From assembly GCA_963575745.1 (NCBI GenBank), contig CAUYUJ010000003.1, forward strand, positions 186,001 through 250,000: DNA of 64,000 nt. The letters are read 5' to 3'. The position numbers and the translations under genes are program-made. This document shows, in pieces, positions 40,390-51,999 of the stretch. The notes below the pieces were generated by a model. It was not told where the DNA came from and ran no database searches. It was given only the letters and a program-made list of their open reading frames with translations. Every line of letters begins with the position of its first letter. Within the stretch, counting starts at the first letter, position 1. This stretch comes from Prorocentrum cordatum (taxonomy: Eukaryota).

Positions 40390-41284
40390 TAACGGGGAAA
40401 AAAGAGGAGGAGAAGGAGGAAGAGGAGGACGAGGAGGAAGACCAGAGCAGAGTGGAGCCAACACCACGGCACCAGTGCTGCAGTGTACCTTCCCGGCCCT
40501 GCTTCATCTCCCCCCCGTGAGTCCATATAGGGCGCGTCTTCCCGCTGGTGCGACGGCCCGACTATCGGGGGGCGCAAGAATGAACTAGCGATCCATGGAT
40601 TTGGCGCGCGGTCGCAAAATCTATCAATCGAGGGAGGTGCCCTCCCCAGAATGCGGCCGGTGCCGCCTCGTTCGGCGGCGGACATCCGCGGCTTCCCATG
40701 GAAACGGGACCAGTCGCTAATCTACGAACCCCTTGATCCATGCTTGCGATCGCCTGAGACTGCGAGATGTGATGGCCCCGCGGGCGCCTTCCGCAGGCTC
40801 AGGGAGTGAGGACTGGAGTGGCGCAAACGGTCTTCATGGAGGAGCAAATAACATCACAAACATCAGCTTTCGGAGCTCCGCGCGGATCGCTTGGCTCGGC
40901 GCTGGACCCCCTCGCTGGAGCGCGGAGCGCGCCATGGGGGACCCCCGCGCAGATCCAAGCAGTCCGCGCGGAGCGTCGAAAGCTCAAGTTTCTGCCGTTG
41001 TTCCCCGTTCGACTTCAGCGAAGTACCTCGGGGATTGACCGACCCCGGGTCAATCCAAACCTGGGTGAGCCAAGCCTTGCAAGACCCTGCAAGATCCTGC
41101 AAGATCCTGCGCCCAAACTGCGGTCAATGCAAACAAGGCTCTGCAGGATCCTGCAAGATCCAACGCTCTGACTGACCCTCATTTGCATTGACCCCCGTCT
41201 CTTGAGCCCAAGAGTTCCCATTTGACAAAAACGCCCCAGGGACAGGCCTTCAAAAAGCGGCGGCTGCAGCAGCCTTTCGAGAAG

Positions 41285-41336
<52 letters not shown>

Positions 41337-41337
41337 C
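41285..41337. repeat. (ACA)n microsatellite
   Basis: Perfect ACA run. Confidence 0.95.
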
Positions 41338-42802
41338 GCGCGCCCCAACAAGAGGATTCGCTCGTCGACTTGGCAGCGTGGGGGCTCTGTCTTCAGGCGA
41401 GCGCGTTCCACGACACGCAAACTAACTACTCGCAAATGGCCTGGCTCCGCCGCGAGGGATCTACTGTCCTTTGCGTCGGACACAAGCATAAATTTCTCGG
41501 GCGACGACGACGACGACGACGGCGACGACGACGACATCGAACGGCCCCCCGGACCTGGCAGGCGGCGAAAACTCACGCGCGGGCGGGGCGCCGCGCGCCC
41601 GGGGGCGGCGAGGGGGGTGCCTCGGCCAGCGCCCGCTCCAGCGCCCGCTCCAGCTCGGTGGCGCGGAGGGGCGGCTCGGAGGACGCGGCCTGCTGGCCGA
41701 GGACACCGGCCCTCGTCGTCAGCGGCGTCGTCGGATGGCTGTTCCGAAGCCCGATGGTTGGCGCTTTTTGTTGTCCCAGTGGTCGTCCCGAGAGACAAAT
41801 CGTAATGCCGATAGGCGCGTGACACATGACCGATAGACACAGGCTGGACGATTTGCTTCCTACAAATACATACCTGCACGTACAGATGCACATGTATCTG
41901 CATATGTGTGCGTTTATATAATTACATTTACAATGACACCAGTAGGTTGACCGTGTGACCTCTAAACTCTTATATCGAACGTAAGATCCACATTCATGTA
42001 TGCATGTATGGATAAACAAACTCATCGTCATATCGACAAGTTAAGATATCGGTTGGTTGGCTAGACGAACCTGGCCAAATGCCAATCGCAAGCCGAAAGC
42101 TGCACCCATCCGCCCCGAACTTGTTTTCACGAAGGGTGGTCTATGCAGTATGCATACACGTATGTTTTTTATATTTAATATATACATGTATATATATATA
42201 TATCCTTTTGATGCTTCAAATGGATGCAGATCAACAAGATGGACCCTCTAGAGGCTCCTGCTGGCAACGCTTTTTACAATCTCCCAGTAGCCCTCTAGAG
42301 GTCCCTGTAGAACTCTTCCCTAGAAGCGCCATTAGAGGCCCCATCGGGAGTCCCCTTAAAGCCCTCGGGCGCCGACGTTTCTGAAAGCCCCCGCAGATCG
42401 CTACATGTCTCTTTTGCTCCCTTGAGAACTTGCGTATCCTGTCGCCCCTTGGATACTTCTACTGCCCGAAAACGCAAGTAACATATCCGTGGTGAAAGAA
42501 AACGACGTAGGAGTTGTAGGTCATCACTCATCATCGCTCCTGCTGCCATCGTCCGCGTCGCCCTCCCTGCTGCCCCCCCGCCCATCTCCTTCTGCTGCGC
42601 TCACGAATGCCTCCTTCTGTGCCGAGCTGCTTCCCGAGGCTCCCAGCATCGCTCACCACCCTTATTTTCCCTCCCGCCCTCTTCCTCTTCCCGCCCTCCC
42701 TCAACCTTCCCCGCGCGCCGCGGACTCCTTCTGCGCCAGACAGACACACCGAATGAATCAAGAATTCAAAGGCGCAGCGTAGAGAGCCGGTGTACGAAAG
42801 TC

Positions 42803-42990
42803 AGAGAGAGAGAGAGAGAGCGTGAAAGAAAGAGCGAGAGAGAGAGAGAGAGAGAGATAGAGAGAAACAGGAAGAGAGAGAGAGAGAGAGAACACGAGAA
42901 GAAGAGGAAGAGGAGAAGGAGGAGGAGACGAGGAGGAGGAGAAATGCAATAATGAACAAAGAAGAGAGAGGGAGGAGAATGGAGAGGCTT
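42803..42990. repeat. (GA)n / purine-rich tract
   Basis: GA dinucleotide and GGA runs. Confidence 0.9.
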
Positions 42991-43049
42991 GAGGGGGTGG
43001 AGCCGAGCGTCTCCAAGAAACCTCCATCCACCATCATCGACGAGCCCCC

Positions 43050-45990
43050 GCACTGCGCAGGAGGTCGGCAGCGAGACGCGCAGCGCGGGCCGACTCCGCC
43101 GCCTCGGAGTCCGAGGGCACCAGTCCGCCAAACCCTCTTCGTTTGTTGCGACGGAGCTGATGGAATTGATAAAGGATGGCGGGAAAACCGCAGCCGAGGA
43201 AAGAAGCAAGGACGGAGGACCAACAATTGGAGCATCGAAGACGCCAGCGGCGTGCCAGCAGCCAGGGTCGCCCAGGGAAGGAATCCAGGGCAACTCGCGT
43301 AGTGAACGAGAGTCTGGGGCATCACACCCCATGATGTATCGGGGGTCAGGGTTGCGAAGACGAGTGTCGCGCACCCACCCGCCCGTCCAGTTGCGAACGG
43401 CTGCCATCCTCCACGAGGGGGGGAAGCGCTGAACATCTCCCGAACATCCGCCCAAACAACTCGCTGCAGCTCTTCCAGCCCCAAATTCATCGGGAGCGGC
43501 CAAGAGGGGGGTGTCCAAGCGGAGGGGTGCAAATGATGACCGGCGGCACGTGCGCGGCCCAGCGGGGGGGCCGTGGACAAATGAAAGAAGAAGAGGCGCC
43601 GTGAAATCTGGGGAGATATCATGGCCCACGCCATGATATCCACCCCCCCTGGTCATCACCCCCCTCTTTTCCGCCCCCGAATTCAAGCAGCGGCCAATCC
43701 GCGTCTTGATGACGCCGGGGAGGGCGCCTTCAGAGAGGTATATAGAAGCAGCTGCATCTTGATGCGGGGGTTCGGGGAGCCGGTCGAAAGTGCCGCCGTT
43801 CTGTCGCCTCTAGGGAACTCCAGCCCGCAGCGAGCCGCAGTGCCCTCCCGAGGGCCCACGAAGGGGGGACGCCTGCGCAGCCAGGCGGAGCGACCACGTG
43901 AACGCAGGCTCATTTCAGGTCGTCGGCTACGGGCTTCCTCTCCCACTACGCTACGCTTGACGAAATGAGTAGCCGCCATGCGCTCTTCGGCCTCCGCAGG
44001 GAGGCGGGCGCACATCTGCGGCCAAGCGCCTCCGCGCCGCCAGAGCTGTCGCTCGGCTCGCCGAGAACCTGCTGGGCCGCCCAGGCAGAGAGCAGGAGCC
44101 ACGAGCCTGGGGGCCCTCAGGAGGCGGGCGGGGACGTGGGCGTGAGGCTCGTCGGCGACCTCTCCTGTCGCGGGAGCGACAGGAGGTGGCACTTGGGCAC
44201 TCAGGAGGCGGGCGGGGACGTGGACGTGAGGCTCGTCAGCACCTTCTCCTGTCGCGGGAGCGACAGGAGGTGGCTCTTGTGCGAGGGCGTGCTCACCCCT
44301 CGAGTCGGAGGCGGAACGCTCGAAGCGGCGGCCGAGCGTGCCATCGCGGCCGCCCGACGGCGCCGCTCCCTGAAAAGGCCGTGCTCGCCAGGCCGACCTC
44401 CATAACCCCAGAATCCAATTCAAAGCAGAGGTACAGTCGACCCGTATCACAAGGGTGCACGATAAGGGTGCAAGGGCCTTGGAAGGCAGTTTCGAAGCTT
44501 TTCGAGCGGGGAGCGGCCAGCGAAAATGGCCAAGGATGGACCGAGGAGGCAAAGATGCAAAGGTATACCCTTAGGACAATCGCCCATTTTTGCCATGCGG
44601 GTTGACTGTATGTGGGGTGGGGGAACAACGCGGAAGTCCGCCCATTCCACGCAAGCTTCATGGAGCAGCCGGTAGGCCATTGCCGACGCGCCAGGACAAC
44701 AGCAGTCCAAGAGAGGCGCGCGGAAAAAAATGATGGGCTTGAGGTGGAGATTCGCGATGCCACGAACGACCCGGAACACCCTCACGAGCACCGCGCGTCT
44801 GGAGGATCCCGAGACACAATCCCCAAAGCGTCAGCACACCACTGGCCGATCCCCCGGTCGCGCTGCTCAAGCCGAGTTTACAGGTCCCGAGCGGGGAGGG
44901 GGGATAGCACGCAACATACGAGCTGTCGCTAAGAGGATGCCCCTCCACAGTACCACTCCAGGCCTGATAGAGCGGCGAACAGACGGTAGCGGCGCTTAAC
45001 ATCACCGCTTGCGAGTAGATACCGGCTACAGAATCAATAGGCCAAGGGGGATTCGCCTAGATCCCAAGAAACCCTCGGATCCACGAGATAGCGACGGAGG
45101 AAAAGGACTTCGTAAAAAGAGCGCGAGAGTCATTGGGGTCGAGCTGTCCTGGTGGCATCCTTCGGGGTCAGCCGGTCGGGCGCATGCTGGCCATGCGGGC
45201 GCAGCCATCGGTCTCTACAAGGTTATTTTGAATAGTCATTTTTCTAACGAAGCTCCGCTGCGAACCAGCGACAGCGATGGCTACGGCTGGAGACAACTTG
45301 CGGCGAATGGTCGAAGAAATTAGCCTTCGAACCTGTCGACTTCAGCGCCAACGGCCGCGTGCACGCCTGAGCGAACCTCAGGCCCGCGCCTGGCTGAGCG
45401 TCATCCTCCGGGTCCGTGCCCTGCGGGAGGAAGGCGCTCATCGCGCGGTTAAACTTCGGCCGCGTCGGGAACCCCGAATGGGGCCACTCGCGCGCCTGGG
45501 GCAGCACCTCGGGGCTGCGGCGCACGGCAGTCCACGCGCGCGCGGGGAGACCGTCGGGCCCGCGGCGGCCGCAGGGCGCGCCCGCTGCAGCGCCTCCTCT
45601 TGATGCATGAGAGGCTCGGAGGTGGGAGCTGCGGCCAGAGTCCACGCTTGGCGGGGCGCGCCACCGGATGCATCTGGCTTGCAGCGCGGCCCGCCGGGCT
45701 TCGGCAGCTGGCCTGCAACGGCGGCGGGGAGACGACGGGCCTCCAGCGCCGCTCGAGGGCGGCCCGCTGCGCCGCCGCCGACGCCGCAGCGCCGTGGTCC
45801 GTTACCACGGCGGCCACGGCACTCCTCGCGCGGGTCGGCTCCAAGAGCTGCGCCCGCCTCCTGGGCACCTTGGTTTGGCGCTGCGGTCGATGCGATCAGT
45901 GCTCCTCTGACTCGGCGTCGGCGGCCTACGCGGGGTGCTCGCAGACCCCAAGGGCAGAAACCGAACGCCCGTCCCGGGCCAGCGAAACAC
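43050..45990 (-). mobile_element. Degenerate LINE ORF2 (RT to zinc knuckle) with nested insertions
   Basis: 'GPDGLPARAW', 'FNRAMSAFLPQG', 'TRPLALKSTGSK', 'SGTVEGHPLS', 'TY|LCFELDSG' (split by the MITE), 'VRNWTGGWVRDTR...MGCDAPD'. Confidence 0.82.
44434..44608. mobile_element. 175 bp MITE, same family as 9993-10163
   Basis: TA|CAGTCGACCCG ... CGGGTTGACTG|TA (10/11 TIR match). Confidence 0.9.
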
Positions 45991-46740
45991 GCCTAGGCGC
46001 ATAACACTGCCAGAAATCCCCATTTGCATACTGGCACACGTGCACAAGAGGAAGCATGCACAAGCTGAATCCGTCCTCCAGCCTCCTATCATTGGCTAGC
46101 CCCCAATAGCGCCGGAAACGCCGTGCATCAGGGGAGACACCAGCAATCGGAAGCAACGGGCAAGACCCGAGCCTTGGACCAGCGACCGCAATCCCGCCGG
46201 GTAAGGTCGCCCCCTGGCCCTTTCCCCCGGCCAACAGGCGGGGCGGGAGAAGGCCCCACCAGGGTCGGGGTCGGTCCAGTGATGGGCCTACCCATCAAGC
46301 CAACACGGGGCGGTAACCAGCGCCAGAACCTCATCCTAATACGGCAAACGGTGTGCCCGCGGCTAGAAGCATTCCAACCAAGGTGGCTGGAAGTTGAGAG
46401 CCGCGGGCGCCCGCCTCCGCGTCATCATCGGCGGTGCACCTCATGCAGGAAGTGCCACAGGGCGCCCAGGCTGCAGCGCTTGGCCGCGGCAGCAAGGACT
46501 TTACGCATACCTTGGCCGAGCGGCGGCCTACGTGGGAGAAGGAGGAGATGTAGATGTAGGAAGCGAGATGGCTGAGGAAGGGACCAGGATCAGAGAGGCA
46601 AGAAGATGGAGGCCGGAGGAGGAGAATGAGGCCAGAGGGTGATGATGAGGATGAGGAGGACGGAGGAGGAGGAGGAGGAGGAGGAGGAGGAGGAGGAAGA
46701 GGAGGAGGAGGAGGAGGATGAGGAGAACGGAGGAGGGGGA

Positions 46741-49103
46741 GGGCAGCACCCGTAGGGACTTCATGCTACCAGGAAGCATGAACCAGGAGGAGGAGGAGGC
46801 AGGAAAGGGAAGAAAGGAGACAACGGAAAAAGGGAGGAGGAGGAGGACCAGTGTAAACCCAAGAGCCAGCAACAATGTTGGAATACACCCTCCCTCCAAG
46901 CTCCCTCTTCACAGGTCCTTAGAAAGGTTCATTTTCATTTGGGGATCTGCTTCGTTGGAAGACATCCGTTTGAAGACCAAAAGCATGCCAAAATATTGCT
47001 CCCGGGATTCCAACGCCACGGATCAACCTGACTGTTGCGTCTTGACAACCATGGATCGTGCCGGAAAACCGTTCTCGGAATTTCAACACCGCGAACCAGT
47101 GTAATCCGTGCACCAGCAAAATCCATAATCTTTCCAACACACCTTTTCTGGTACGCTGATCTTGGGAATCCGCAATCCTTTTGTACAATGTATGAACGAA
47201 TGTGCGCGGCGCTAAAGCGAGAACCACATTTTGAAAAGAAACTGCCCTCAATCCGTGAAGCTCTTGCAAATGTTGAAAACGAATGTGCGCGGTGCTAAGG
47301 CGAGAACCACATTTTGAAAACGGGTGGTCCTGCATCCGTGAAGCCCTGCAATTCTTGAGAACGAATGTGCGCGGCGCTGAGGCGAGAGCCACATTTTGAA
47401 AACGGCCCGCCCTCCATCTGTGAAGCTGTTTCCAATGTTCAGGCTTCAGGGTCATAAAGGGTGAAGAAGTCTCAGGCGAAACGCCCGGCCCGCCCTAAAA
47501 ACTGGCCTCGGGGTGCAACAGGGAGAAGTTATTCATAAGCAAAATAATGGAGGAGGAGAAGGAGGAGGAGGGTAAGGATGATGATAATGATGATGATGAT
47601 GATGAGGAGGAGGAGGAAGAGGAGAAGGGGAGGAGGAGCAGGATAGGGAAGAGAATCAGAGCATCCCGCTGTCGCTCGGACGTCCATTCCCCGTGCATGT
47701 TTCACTTTCGTGCGTGTGTTTCCGCGATGATCCAAGGCGCTCCTCGATGGTTTTCACAGAGAAAAAACTGCACACGCACGAGCGGCTGTCAAGGGGAAGA
47801 CGCCTGGCGTGGAACGCAGCCGAACGCGAGCGCCACTGGACGGGGCGGCGCGGCGAGCATCGGGGGCTCGGGGGCGAAGCCTCGCCGCTCGCCTCGCCGC
47901 CGGCGAGGTTGCCTCGCTCGTGGGGGGGGGGTCGGGCCAGTTGCGGGTGGGGAGGCATCGCGGGGAGAGCCGGGTTGCCAGACTTCCTCCTCCCTCCAGC
48001 CTCCATCCCTCCCTCCTTCCCTCCTCCCTCGTCCACCCGCCCTCCCTCCGCCTCCTCCTCCTCCTCCTCCTCCTCCTTCGTCCGTCCTTCTCCCTCTTTC
48101 TCGCCTCTCCTCCTCCTTCGTTTTCCCTCCTCCCTCTTCCTCCTCAGTCCTCACTCCCTCCTCCTCCTCCTCCTCCTCCACTTCCTCCTCCTTTCTCCTC
48201 CTCCTCCTCCTCCATTCCTCTTCCTCCTCCTCCTCTTCCTCCCTCCTCCTCCTCCTCCTCTTCCTCCTCCTCCTCCTCCTCTTCCTCCTCCTCCTCCTCT
48301 TCCGCCTCCTTCTCCCTCCTCCCTCTTCCTCCTCCATTCCGCACCCCGAGGCGGGTTGAAAGGGTGGGCCAGGCATTTCGCCTGAGACTTCCTTACCATT
48401 TATGACCCTGAAGCTAAAACATAGCAGCCGTTTCACATTTTGAGGGCGGCTCGTTTTCAACATGTGGCTCTCTCCTAGGCGCCGCGCACATTCGTTGTCA
48501 ACATTCGCAAGATTTTTACGGATTGACTTCGGGTCGTTTTCAACACGTGGCTCTCGCCTCAGCGCCGCGTACATTCTTTTTAAACGTGTGCAAGCGCTTC
48601 ACGGATCGAGGGCGGCTCCTTTTCAAAATGTGGCTCTCGCCTAAGCGCCGCGCGCATTGCTGTCAATCAAATGCAAGAATTTCAAGGATTCCCATGAGCA
48701 ACGTACCAGAGATGGTGCGTTGGAAAGACTCAGGATTATGAGGGCGCAACAGTTACGTCGATTCGCGGTGTTGGATTCCCAGGAACGGCGTTCTGGCGCA
48801 ACTCAGGATCGTCAAGACGCAACAGCCAGGTTGACCCGTGGCGTTGGAGTTCCGAGAATCATGTTTGGGAACGCTTTATGCTCTTCAAACGGTTGTCTTC
48901 CAACGAGGCAGCTCCCTCAGTGGAAATGAGCCGTTGTAGGGTGTAGGGACCTGTGAAGAGGGAGCTTGGAGGGAGGGTTTATTCCAAGATCGTTGATGAC
49001 TCTTGGGTTTACACTGGTCCTCCTTTTCCTCCTATTTCCTCCTCCTCCTCCTCCTCCTGGTTCCTGGTTCCTGATGGCATGAGGTCCCTGCGGGTGCTGC
49101 CCC
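46741..49103. repeat. Large inverted repeat (arms 46741-47516 and 48341-49103)
   Basis: Anchors such as gaccagtgtaaacccaagag, ccctccctccaagctccctcttcacaggtcc and cttcagggtcataaa...aagtctcaggcgaaa recur as reverse complements in mirrored order. Confidence 0.92.
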
Positions 49104-49425
49104 CCTCCTCCTCGTCCTCCTCCTCCTCCTCCTCCGTCCTTCCCTCCTTCTCTCCCGCACTTCTCGAGCGGCCGCCATGTCGGTCGGGCCGCTCGCCCTG
49201 CAGGAGATCCCCCGCTGGGGGCGCTCCGAGGCTGGTCCTCGCGGCTGCGCTCCCTGTGGCCGGCGCGGGGAAGCAACTGCTCAGGGAGAGGTCCCCCAGC
49301 TGATGGGCCAGTCTTTTACCACTACTATCATAGGTTAGTTAGGACGGGGGAGAAGGGAGGATTGGGAGGTTGTCCTCCTCCTCCTCCTCCTCCTCCTCCC
49401 TTTCCTACCTATGGTAGCGGTTTAA

Positions 49426-49654
49426 CAGGTCAGTCCAGCGAAGGCTTGGGAGTCAACGTTGGGAGGGAAGCAGCTCAGGGGGGGAACATCGAGCTGGACT
49501 CGTCGATATACGAAAAACGCCGGGGAGGACCGCTGCTCGACGGGCCCTCCTTCGACCAAGGTGGGCACCACAGGTCAGTCCGACGAAGGTTTGGGAGTCA
49601 ACGTTGGGAGGGAAGCAGCTCAGGGGGGGAAACATCGAGCTGGACTCGTCGATA
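49426..49654. repeat. ~84 bp direct duplication (49426-49508 and 49570-49654)
   Basis: acaggtcagtcc...ttgggagtcaacgttgggagggaagcagctcagggggg...aacatcgagctggactcgtcgata occurs twice. Confidence 0.9.
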
Positions 49655-50554
49655 GGTTCGGCGAGTGGCCCCCCCACAGCGAGTCCGCATGCTCTTGGGC
49701 TGGGTGGGCTACGGGGCCCCTATCGGCGATCAGTGAGCGATTGGGGGTGGATGCGTCCCCCCCCGAGCCTCCCCCCACCCGAAAATGGCCCCTGACGGTG
49801 GGCCCGCGCCAGTGGCCGCTCGAGCGAAGGCTCATTCTCAAACTGCATAATCCTAACCTGTCGGAGCTCCGCGCGGATCTCTTGGATCTGCGCTGGGGCC
49901 CCCTGGCGGCGCCTCCGACGCCGCCCCTGGCGCACTCCGCGCGCCAGGGACGGGGGCTCAGCGCCGACCCAGAACTCTGCAGGGAGCCCGAACAGTTCCT
50001 GTTTATGCACCTTGTTTTTCTTCTAGACCTGGGCGTCCCACTACTCGCACAACAGCTACTCGCAAATAGCCTGGATCCGTAGAGGGGGAACTTACGATCC
50101 ATTACAACGAGGCAAACATGTTTTTTTTTCGGACGTTTGCGAGAAGGCACTTTGCGAGTAGTGGAACGCGCTCGCTGATCTGCGATCTCACGTGCAGCCG
50201 ATTCTCGTGCAGCGGCGAGCGCCTGCGAGGCTGCCAGCGGCGGCCAGCATGCGGCGCATGCGGCCCTGCCCTGCGGTCAGCCCGCTGCGCCGCAGCAGCT
50301 CGCGGATGACGATGGCCTTGCAGGGGGGAGACCAGGGCGGTCGCCCTCCTCCTCCTCCTCCTCCTCCTCCTCCTCCTCGTCGTCGTTCTTTCGTCGTCGT
50401 CGTTCTTTCGTCGTCGTCGTCGACCGCCGCAGCGGCCCGCGGATGACGATGGCTTTGCAAGGGAGGTAAGGGCGGTCGGCCTCCTCCTCCTCCTCCTCCT
50501 TCTCCTCCTCCTCCTCCTCCTCCTCCTCCTCCTCTCCCTCCTCCTCCTCCTCCT

Positions 50555-50576
50555 CCCGGAGCCTGTTTGGCTCAAG
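50555..50576 (+). other. Degenerate dinoSL relic
   Basis: CCCGGAGCCTGTTTGGCTCAAG, 18/22. A second GGCTCAAG follows ~45 bp downstream. Confidence 0.65.
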
Positions 50577-51999
50577 CGAATCGCGCTCACGGCGGGCCAT
50601 CGGCCGCGGGCGCGGGCTCAAGCGAGTCAGGCTCAGTGGCCTTGTTGCGCGCAGGCCGGGGCACTCCAGATGCGGCGCTGCTCGGGCGGCCGCCAGCTCG
50701 CGGACGCTCGTCCGGCGCCTTCGGCGGCAGCAGCGCAGCGCCCTCGGCGAAACGCGCGCGTCCGCGCTCGCCTGGAGGGTTGAAGTCTTTCGCATCTCCC
50801 GCAGCGCTCACTGGGAGCTGAGCGAGCGACTCGGCACCCATTGATCGTTCATCATGGTCGCCGGGGACATGGCGCATCTCGTCGGCGTGGAAGCCGAGGC
50901 TGCGGAGGTGCGTGAGATCGGCGCGGAGGCCACTTGGTTCCGCCACTCGGCACAACCCGATGGCCCAGGGCAGCCACCCGCGGTGCCGTCTGGGCACGCC
51001 GCTGGCATCCTCGAGGCCGTCTTAGAATGCAGGAGCACGCCGCTGCGCGCTGCCGTTGGGGAGTTCCCCGGGCTTCTCGATGATGGGCACCTGCACCGCC
51101 AGGAGGATGTCTTCTTGTTCGAGCTAGGCTTGCTGGAATAGCCGCAGTCCGCGGGCATCGATGAGGTTCAGCGCGCCATGTCAGCGGAGCGCGAGATCCC
51201 CCCTGTCTCGACATGCTGGAGGGCGGCGCGGGCGAGCGGGCGCGGGATCACAGAGCTGAGCTCTCAGATGGTCGAGTCCGAGGCGACGTCCGCTTTCGGA
51301 CTCGGACGCAGGGGGCCGCGCACTCGGATGCAACTTCCTGAGTGTCAGAGTTGCGGGGGCTTCTTCGAGCGCGGGCGCGCCCTCTGCGGCGCTGCGCATT
51401 GTCGCCGCGATGCTGTTCCTGACCGTCGCCAGGGGACTGCGGCTGCTGAAGGCCGCGCCGATCGGAAGCGCCTTCCTGGCTACCGGAAAAATGAAGAAAG
51501 TCTCCGGGCGAGGGCGCGCCCTCAGCGGCGCTGCCAACTATCGCCGCAATGCTGTCCCCGGGAGGGGGGCGCGTTCCCTTTGCAGCCGAAGGCCGCACTT
51601 TTGGACACAACTGGCGGGGGCACTTTTTGGTCAGCGGCCGCGGGCGAGCGCGCCGGCGGCGAGTCCAGTCAGAGCGGGGCGCGCAAAGACGAATTAACCT
51701 AAAACGGTGAACTGGTGGAAGTACTTTTTTGGCCAGCGGGCGGACGCGTAAAGCAATCGCCAAGAGGGGGGCCCGGGGCACGGGCCAGCCTAATCAACTA
51801 CCGAACCACGCGCAAGACGGCCGGGCCAGCACTCAGACGCGGCTGCCGGGGGGCTGCTGCTGGAGGGAGCTGGCAGAGTAGTCTGCAGACGCCCAGGGTA
51901 GCTGGTGCAACGTGCAAGCCGGAGGCAGAGAGACGCCAAAATTGGAATTCAGTCCTGCGCGCCAGGAACGCGTGATCGGCACTGTACCTGAACGCGCGT

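Noticed and set aside
44400..44500. RNase H-like peptide 'VIRVDCTSALNWILGLW'
   Set aside because: It spans the MITE TIR/flank junction, so it is a chance reading.
50587..51240. Protein-like readings on both strands after the SL relic
   Set aside because: No recognisable motif, and the coding strand cannot be decided.
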